Virus record (IMG/VR): IMGVR_UViG_3300017964_000010
Span: 1-64,000 of that record
Source: a virus
Direction: 5' to 3' (one strand)
Length of the DNA stretch: 64,000 bases
The stretch's first letter is position 1; each line of letters opens with the position of its first letter. Below, one piece after another: positions 58,663 to 64,000 of the stretch. A model generated the notes under the pieces. The model saw only the letters and a program-made list of their open reading frames with translations, did no database searches and had not been told where the DNA came from. The position numbers were made by a program, and so were the translations under genes.

Positions 58663-59430
58663 TTAAGAGAAAAAATCATCTATAATATTAAAGGCATCTT
58701 CAATACTAAGTTGACTATTAATTCCATATGTTTCACGATTCCCAGTTTTTTCAATATCTTTATCCATTATATCATAATGGCTTAAAAATTCGAATATCTG
58801 TTCTTTGCGATATGCAATCTTATCTTTCTCTTGAGCTTGTATTTGAAATCTAAAATGTTTTATGTTTCCATCGGATGCAACCAAAATATTTGGTTGTAAT
58901 TGTTCACGAGTGGAAAAACTAAGCCAAGTCATTTCAGATTTAATTTCTACAACTGTAAGCCGTCCTTTTAGTTTTTCATAGTTTTCTATATACCATTCAG
59001 GTAAAGCTTCAAAATTATCCTTCTGTGATGAAGTATAAACATTGAAAAGTTCGGAAAATTTAGCCATTTTAAAACACTCCTTATAGTGGCCAGACACACT
59101 GTTATCCGATGGTGTGTACGATGAAATAAGATATGATTCAAGAAGAAATGATTGAGCATCTTTTTTTCTATCAAAATCAAATCTTTCAAGATTTTTAGCT
59201 ATAATATAAAGATCATTTATATCATAGTCCTTTTCTTTAATGTGCTGTATTGCACGATTACGATTACCTTTACCTATATATTGCCATTTGCCATCTTTTA
59301 AATAGCCGTAGACATATTGGCCTAAAGTTTGCCAAAAATCCATAGGTGCGCTATTCAGAAACGGTGCAAACTTAACATTTTTTCTTGGCAGAACCTCTAC
59401 AGCACCTGGAAGTCCAAAAAAAGCACTCAT
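58663..59430 (-). CDS. GIY-YIG-like (LEM-3 type) nuclease domain protein
   Basis: QYVYGY...YIGKGNRNRAIQH...ESYLI...N.VSGH. Confidence 0.6.
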   Translation of the reverse strand: MSAFFGLPGAVEVLPRKNVKFAPFLNSAPMDFWQTLGQYVYGYLKDGKWQYIGKGNRNRAIQHIKEKDYDINDLYIIAKNLERFDFDRKKDAQSFLLESYLISSYTPSDNSVSGHYKECFKMAKFSELFNVYTSSQKDNFEALPEWYIENYEKLKGRLTVVEIKSEMTWLSFSTREQLQPNILVASDGNIKHFRFQIQAQEKDKIAYRKEQIFEFLSHYDIMDKDIEKTGNRETYGINSQLSIEDAFNIIDDFFS

Positions 59431-59432
59431 CA

Positions 59433-59675
59433 CTATCCCCAATCTTTTCTGTCTTGTTCATTATCATAACCATATTCATAGGCTTCAATTTCACCAATAG
59501 TCATGCTATCTCTTTCTATTCTTTCAGAAGTAATAGAAGCACCAACATAATAATGAGGATCAAAACCGCGGCCGTAATAACGATCTGCACTACCACGATC
59601 CTGAGGAGAACCGTGCCGTGGAAGCTTATCTGTTACAATTTTATCGTCCATATAAGGATTAGCTACTTTTTGCAT
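59433..59675 (-). CDS. Conserved hypothetical phage protein
   Basis: RHGSP.DRGSADRYYGR...PHYY...EIEAY..GY...KDWG. Confidence 0.7.
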   Translation of the reverse strand: MQKVANPYMDDKIVTDKLPRHGSPQDRGSADRYYGRGFDPHYYVGASITSERIERDSMTIGEIEAYEYGYDNEQDRKDWG

Positions 59676-59862
59676 TTACAAGTACTCCTAAAACTTTGGA
59701 TAATCTTTGTGATTCATATTCAAGTTTCATTTCATCTTCAGCGGCATTCCTACGGTCCAACCACTTAAGCGTAATTTGATCCCATACTGTATGAAAAGAA
59801 GCAGTACCATTGGCTTGCTCCAATGTATCGAGATCATCAATAAATTCAAGAAGATCATTCAT
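59659..59862 (-). CDS. Hypothetical protein
   Basis: GGAG SD; first gene after a promoter. Confidence 0.65.
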   Translation of the reverse strand: MNDLLEFIDDLDTLEQANGTASFHTVWDQITLKWLDRRNAAEDEMKLEYESQRLSKVLGVLVNAKSS

Positions 59863-59892
59863 TTTAGTTTCTCCGATTCTCTTTATATTAAC

Positions 59893-59931
59893 AATATAAT
59901 ATATTTTAAATCGAATGTAAACCCCTAAAAT
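59893..59931 (-). promoter_or_regulatory. Early promoter ATTTTAGGGG-TTTACA-N17-TATATT
   Basis: Shares 16 bp (ATTTTAGGGGTTTACA) and the -10 box with the promoter at 58618-58656. Confidence 0.7.
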
Positions 59932-59939
59932 GCATTTTT

Positions 59940-60383
59940 TTAATAAAAACGAGAAATTAAAGTATTCTTATTTCTATACAAATTGTATTCATAATTATCA
60001 GTTTTTTCATTTTCTTTAAGCCAGAAAGCACCGTTACTTAAGTGAAACTTTTTAGCCATTTCGGTTTTAGGACTCATGGTTACTAATCTATCAATATTAT
60101 TATTTTTTAATACTAGATCCCTAAGTGCTAAAACTATTTTTCTACCAGCACCTTTTGCACTGCTCCAAACTGTATAGGCGACAAGTATGTCGCCATCTAC
60201 ATCTTTAAATTGTTCAAGTTCTTCTTCTGTTGTTGGTATATCATTGCAATAACACGTACATATTACTGCAGATAAATCATCTAATACATAAACTTGCTTA
60301 CCAACATCCAGCTTATTAACGTGCGGACGAACTGGATCATTATTGAGAACATCCAGTTCGTCCATTTCTATAAGTCTTATCAT
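59940..60383 (-). CDS. Conserved hypothetical protein, possible GNAT-like fold
   Basis: DPVRPH...AYTVWS..KGAGRKI...LVTMSPKTEMA.KFHL.NGA. Confidence 0.6.
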   Translation of the reverse strand: MIRLIEMDELDVLNNDPVRPHVNKLDVGKQVYVLDDLSAVICTCYCNDIPTTEEELEQFKDVDGDILVAYTVWSSAKGAGRKIVLALRDLVLKNNNIDRLVTMSPKTEMAKKFHLSNGAFWLKENEKTDNYEYNLYRNKNTLISRFY

Positions 60384-60385
60384 TA

Positions 60386-60547
60386 CTAGCCTTTGCGTGC
60401 TACTGATTCTAGTTCATATTTTTTTACAACTACGTTCCATTTTTCTTGATTCTCTACTGATTTTATTCTTTTATCTTTTTGTAGAGAAAGATTTTTATTT
60501 CTATTTTTCTTTTTGTTACGTGAATCGTATCGACTGAACTTAGCCAT
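60386..60547 (-). CDS. 53-aa basic hypothetical protein (not in ORF track)
   Basis: MAKFSRYDSRNKKKNRNKNLSLQKDKRIK...ARKG*, with GAGGA SD. Confidence 0.65.
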   Translation of the reverse strand: MAKFSRYDSRNKKKNRNKNLSLQKDKRIKSVENQEKWNVVVKKYELESVARKG

Positions 60548-60548
60548 T

Positions 60549-61442
60549 TTAGTCCTCTAGTAATTTTCCAAAAGTTGCAGGACCAGCTACTCCATCTGGA
60601 GTTAAACCATTAGCAGCTTGCCACTCTTTAAGTGCTCTTTCTGTGCCTGGGCCAAATACACCATCAGCACCAATACCGAGCGCTTCTTGCATAATCTTTA
60701 CTCCCTCTCCACGAGAGCCTTTCCGTAGTACACCAATATCATCAATGATGTCTTCAATATCATCGTCATCATTATCGGCTACCATATCCGCAGACATACC
60801 TAATACTTCCATAGCATTAATGTATCTTTTTTGTCTATCTTCAAGCCCGATATTACCACCATTAATTTTCTTGGTCATTTTTACTACATCATCGGTATCT
60901 GCAATATTATTTAAATTATTTGCATCCCAGAACCAGCATGCGGATTCTACTGCTCCTTTTTCTGTTGCAACATATTCTGCTGCTTCTTCTGCAGTCATAT
61001 CAACAGTTTTACCAAATCGTGTATAATTTTCACGACCAGTAAGTTGTTTTAGTCCGCGTCCTCTAAATAACCAACCATCACCTTCATTTACATTGCCCAT
61101 TTTATATTTACGGAATTCGTCCATATAAACATAATTTGCAATCATTTCGGGTTGTCTATGATATTCATCTGCATCTCTTTTTGGTGCATCACCAAAATAG
61201 CGACCGAATACAGCACGTAGTGCTTTTGCGGAATAGTTTAAGTTTTCTTCAAGTTTTTTAAAGTTACCACTTTCATGAGCACATTGACTTAAAAAGTGTG
61301 CAACTCTTCGTTCGGTCGTGATACCATACTTTGGTAAAATATCACATAAAGCTTCATACCAATCTCCTACTTTATTATTACCAGGAATAATTTTAGCAAG
61401 ATGGTCTTCAGTAAAGTCAAAATCAAATGGCATTTTCTCCAT
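60549..61442 (-). CDS. Endolysin: GH19 (chitinase-like lysozyme) domain plus C-terminal peptidoglycan-binding domain
   Basis: AHFLSQCAHES...EENLNYS...FRGRGLKQLTGRENY...TKKINGG..GL.DR, then LRKGSRGE.VK..Q...DG.FGP.T...Q...GL..DG.AGP.T. Confidence 0.9.
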   Translation of the reverse strand: MEKMPFDFDFTEDHLAKIIPGNNKVGDWYEALCDILPKYGITTERRVAHFLSQCAHESGNFKKLEENLNYSAKALRAVFGRYFGDAPKRDADEYHRQPEMIANYVYMDEFRKYKMGNVNEGDGWLFRGRGLKQLTGRENYTRFGKTVDMTAEEAAEYVATEKGAVESACWFWDANNLNNIADTDDVVKMTKKINGGNIGLEDRQKRYINAMEVLGMSADMVADNDDDDIEDIIDDIGVLRKGSRGEGVKIMQEALGIGADGVFGPGTERALKEWQAANGLTPDGVAGPATFGKLLED

Positions 61443-61674
61443 AGCCTCCTATTGTGTTTTCTATTTCTTTTACAAAATTTTCATAAGTTCCAATTATATT
61501 ATTATACCAAATTATTTGTGGCACAGTTTTTGCTCCTGGAAACTTTTCCACCATTTCTTCAAGATATTCAAGATGTGCTATATTTTTATATTCATAATCT
61601 AATTGATAATCATTACATAACTGTTTTGCTTTTTCACAAAATGTACAATTAGTTTTACCGTAAATGATTACCAT
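61423..61674 (-). CDS. Glutaredoxin (start revised to 61674)
   Basis: IYGKTNCTFCEKAK...KTVPQI; TAATG overlap with the upstream gene. Confidence 0.88.
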   Translation of the reverse strand: MVIIYGKTNCTFCEKAKQLCNDYQLDYEYKNIAHLEYLEEMVEKFPGAKTVPQIIWYNNIIGTYENFVKEIENTIGGYGENAI

Positions 61675-61835
61675 TATTCTGCTTTCCATATTTCCCATAA
61701 ACCATATAATATGGCAAGACCAGCAGCAATCTTTGCAAGTGGAGCAAGAAATAGTACAAGAAATCCTAGTACTATAAGTGCCAATCCTGATAGTGTACTT
61801 CTTTCACCAATTCTTTGTTTTATCCAATTTAACAT
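61674..61835 (-). CDS. 53-aa two-helix membrane protein, holin-like (not in ORF track)
   Basis: MLNWIKQRIGERSTLSGLALIVLGFLVLFLAPLAKIAAGLAILYGLWEIWKAE*, with GAGGA SD. Confidence 0.7.
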   Translation of the reverse strand: MLNWIKQRIGERSTLSGLALIVLGFLVLFLAPLAKIAAGLAILYGLWEIWKAE

Positions 61836-61851
61836 AAATTTTCCTCTTTAG

Positions 61852-62538
61852 TTATGATATGTTTAACATTTCTTTAGTCATTATATAATCTCTTACAAGA
61901 TCTGATCTAACAATATCTTCCCAACCAAAATTAATAACTCTAAAAAATCTCATCTGTTCCACAATACTTATAAACTTTATAATCCCGTCTTTATCATCAT
62001 TATATTTAAAATCCGATTGTAAATAATCTCCACAAAAAATAATTTTACAATCATTTCCGACACGAGTAATAACAGAATCTAATTCATGAAAATTCAAGTT
62101 TTGCATTTCATCAACTACTATAATAGTTTGGTCAAATGTTGCTCCACGAATATAAGAAGTTGTTTCAAATATAAGTTTATTACCAGTTACTAATTTTCCA
62201 TATGCTCCTCTATAACCAAATATTTCATCACAAATATTTTTATAAGGTGCTTTATAGGGGTCTTCCTTTTCTTCTTTAGATCCAGGAAGATGTCCTGCAT
62301 CTCTTGTAGGAACCATTGACCTCATAATCATAATTTGTCTGTACATATCAGGTTTATTTAACATTTCTTTAAAAGCATTATATAAAGCTATAAATGTTTT
62401 ACCTGTTCCCGCACTACCAGTTAATATTAAATTGTGACCTTTATTCCAAAAATCAAAGGCTTTCTTTTGATTATCTGTAATAGGATCAATTTTTTCAAGT
62501 TCATCAAAAGAAACTGTTAATGAATTATTTTTTTTCAT
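61852..62538 (-). CDS. phoH: PhoH-family ATPase
   Basis: GSAGTGKT Walker A, IRGATF, IVVDEMQN, GD..QSD, DIVRS.LV. Confidence 0.92.
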   Translation of the reverse strand: MKKNNSLTVSFDELEKIDPITDNQKKAFDFWNKGHNLILTGSAGTGKTFIALYNAFKEMLNKPDMYRQIMIMRSMVPTRDAGHLPGSKEEKEDPYKAPYKNICDEIFGYRGAYGKLVTGNKLIFETTSYIRGATFDQTIIVVDEMQNLNFHELDSVITRVGNDCKIIFCGDYLQSDFKYNDDKDGIIKFISIVEQMRFFRVINFGWEDIVRSDLVRDYIMTKEMLNIS

Positions 62539-62768
62539 GTTTTTATTGTGTTATCTTTCCCAGAACCAGATTTTACTTTATTTAAAATATCTTTAAATCC
62601 ATCTGGCACTTTTGAATTTAAGCTTCCTACACTAGAAACAATTTTTGGTGCAGATAGAACTTGAATTACGTTAGGCATTTCATTTAGAATGGCTTGAAGT
62701 TCATCCCAAGTACACACAACATCCCAAGTGTGATTATCTTTAATGTTTTTCAGAGTATAACTTGGCAT
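62535..62768 (-). CDS. Conserved small protein (FmdB-like position/fold; start revised to 62768)
   Basis: MPSYTL...APKIVS...KVPDGFKDIL. Confidence 0.6.
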   Translation of the reverse strand: MPSYTLKNIKDNHTWDVVCTWDELQAILNEMPNVIQVLSAPKIVSSVGSLNSKVPDGFKDILNKVKSGSGKDNTIKT

Positions 62769-62970
62769 TATTTTTCCACCATTTCCAATTATCATCTATT
62801 TCATATCTATACATTGTTTTCCAGCTTTTTGATAACGGCGACCAAATCTGTATTAATTTATTTTTCTTTACTTGGGTTTGACAAAGACGCATTTTCATAC
62901 CTTTACCCCATTCTATTTTTTCCAAAACATCTATATCAAGCTGCAACATTAAACCACTCCGGTATATCAC
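62740..62970 (-). CDS. Hypothetical protein (true start uncertain, probably later)
   Basis: Fills the gap between two conserved genes. Confidence 0.4.
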   Translation of the reverse strand: MIYRSGLMLQLDIDVLEKIEWGKGMKMRLCQTQVKKNKLIQIWSPLSKSWKTMYRYEIDDNWKWWKNNAKLYSEKH

Positions 62971-63499
62971 GTTTTGTCCAAGCCATTTTAAAACGATCTT
63001 GTTTAGTTTGATAATATTCTTGATAAGAACGTACAGGATCTCCTATATGTATGCATTGAGGTTCGTGTTGCATTGCAAGAGCAAAAGGTGTGAGTCCTTT
63101 ATTATAATTTAGATTTTTTGGTGGAACAGACAAAATTTCTTCAAGCAGAATTTGTGTGTTGTGAACTTTATCATAGCGATATTGATATTCTACACAAAGT
63201 CCAATAAAATGTTCATAGTGCCAAGCATAGTTACCTATAGATTGCATAGTCCATACTGTACAAGGATGATTATGATGAACTGCTTTGTATAAAGTATTTT
63301 CCATATTTGCATCCGGATGAACCCAGTAATTTATCATTCTTTTTCCAGACTTTGAAAGACGTTTTTCTATATAGCCATCCAACATTCTATGAGCAGTAGA
63401 TAGCATTTGAGCCGATTCTACTATCATTTTAACTACGTGTTTATCACACTGTAATTGTGCAGATTTGATAGGATTACTATCAAGTACAAAAATATTCAT
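62936..63499 (-). CDS. Pyrimidine-dimer DNA glycosylase/endonuclease V-like protein
   Basis: MNIF.LD......A...CDKHVVKMIVESAQMLSTAHR...H.NHPCT.W...EY..RY.K.H...W..R..P.W. Confidence 0.75.
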   Translation of the reverse strand: MNIFVLDSNPIKSAQLQCDKHVVKMIVESAQMLSTAHRMLDGYIEKRLSKSGKRMINYWVHPDANMENTLYKAVHHNHPCTVWTMQSIGNYAWHYEHFIGLCVEYQYRYDKVHNTQILLEEILSVPPKNLNYNKGLTPFALAMQHEPQCIHIGDPVRSYQEYYQTKQDRFKMAWTKRDIPEWFNVAA

Positions 63500-63526
63500 T
63501 GGTTACTCCAAATAAGTTATGTAACT

Positions 63527-63570
63527 ATAATACTATATTTTAAGAGATTTGTAAACCGTTAAGTTTACAA
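63527..63570 (-). promoter_or_regulatory. Early promoter TTTACA-N17-TATTAT; the -35 forms one arm of the palindrome TTGTAAAC-N6-GTTTACAA
   Basis: IR at 63549-63556 / 63563-63570. Confidence 0.65.
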
Positions 63571-63577
63571 TTAAGTA

Positions 63578-63742
63578 TTATGCCGCCACCTCCATTACCG
63601 ATAATATGTGTTTATCTAAAAACTTTTTCTTTGCTTCAATTTTTTTCACCAATTCTGTTTCCCCTTCTTCAATTAACTGGTCTGTAAATGTATTTAATTC
63701 TTCAGAATCTTTAATTAGTCTTTGTAATTGATGATCGGACAT
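63578..63742 (-). CDS. Small coiled-coil hypothetical protein (start revised to 63742)
   Basis: AAGGAG SD before ATG 63742. Confidence 0.65.
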   Translation of the reverse strand: MSDHQLQRLIKDSEELNTFTDQLIEEGETELVKKIEAKKKFLDKHILSVMEVAA

Positions 63743-63766
63743 TATTATCTCCTTTAGAAAAGTGAA

Positions 63767-63797
63767 AGCTGGCAATCCCTTGGAAAGGAAGCCAGCT
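63767..63797 (-). terminator. GC-rich hairpin (terminator or 5' stabiliser)
   Basis: AGCTGGC-TTCCTT..AAGGGA-TT-GCCAGCT followed by TTCACTTTT on the minus strand. Confidence 0.5.
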
Positions 63798-63828
63798 ACA
63801 AAGTTTTTAGATTGATTATTATTCATTA

Positions 63829-64000
63829 TTAACCTTTTTGTATTAAACCCGGATAAGCCTCCTGTACTACTGTTTTTGATATACCTTTTATGGATTTTTT
63901 ACTAACCATGTTTATTACAACCTTAGCGTCTAATGGGTGAATTGATTCTAATAGCCTAATATAAATATTTTCCCGTTTAGCTTTTAAAACACCTCTGGAA
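63829..64000 (-). CDS. C-terminal end of a conserved T4-like phage protein (DUF6433-like); runs off window end
   Basis: ...KRENIYIRLLESIHPLDAKVVINMVSKK..KGISKTVVQEAYPGLIQKG*. Confidence 0.6.
   Translation of the reverse strand, partial: SRGVLKAKRENIYIRLLESIHPLDAKVVINMVSKKSIKGISKTVVQEAYPGLIQKG

Noticed and set aside
1-64000. Stop-codon reassignment
   Set aside because: Conserved genes are full length and end on TAA, TAG and TGA at expected positions.

Overview
AT-rich segment of a large T4-like (Tevenvirinae/Kyanoviridae-type, probably aquatic) myophage genome, read in the standard genetic code. Bases 1-47613 (minus strand) are a late virion module. It holds about 29 kb of fibre/adhesin genes: LamG lectin proteins, a 3823-aa giant with YadA-like repeats, a PKD protein, Gly-rich tips and auto-cleaving chaperone fibres. 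It then holds a DUF4815 protein, baseplate gp8/gp7/gp6/gp25, a gp5 split over three genes with different cell-wall-hydrolase folds, a hub protein, gp53 and gp48. Bases 47675-52202 (plus strand) carry gp4, gp2, a tube-family protein, gp26, gp51 (missed by the ORF track) and a tape-measure-like gene. Bases 52199-64000 (minus strand) carry gp32, gp33, a PD-(D/E)XK exonuclease, MazG-like and GIY-YIG-like proteins, a GH19 endolysin, glutaredoxin, a holin-like peptide, PhoH, a DenV-like glycosylase and many small ORFs under sigma70-like TTTAC(A/T)-N17-TA(T/A)xxT promoters. The most notable signals are: (1) strong protein-level enrichment of an Asp-Ser motif in fibre and outer-baseplate proteins only, suggesting a virion-surface modification sequon; (2) a T-TTT-TTT slippery site that would fuse gp26 to gp51 by -1 frameshift just upstream of the tape measure gene; (3) a 194-nt, 46% GC intergenic structured RNA whose 22-bp closing stem buries the next gene's Shine-Dalgarno; (4) the tripartite gp5. 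All family assignments are from motif recognition and synteny, not database searches.
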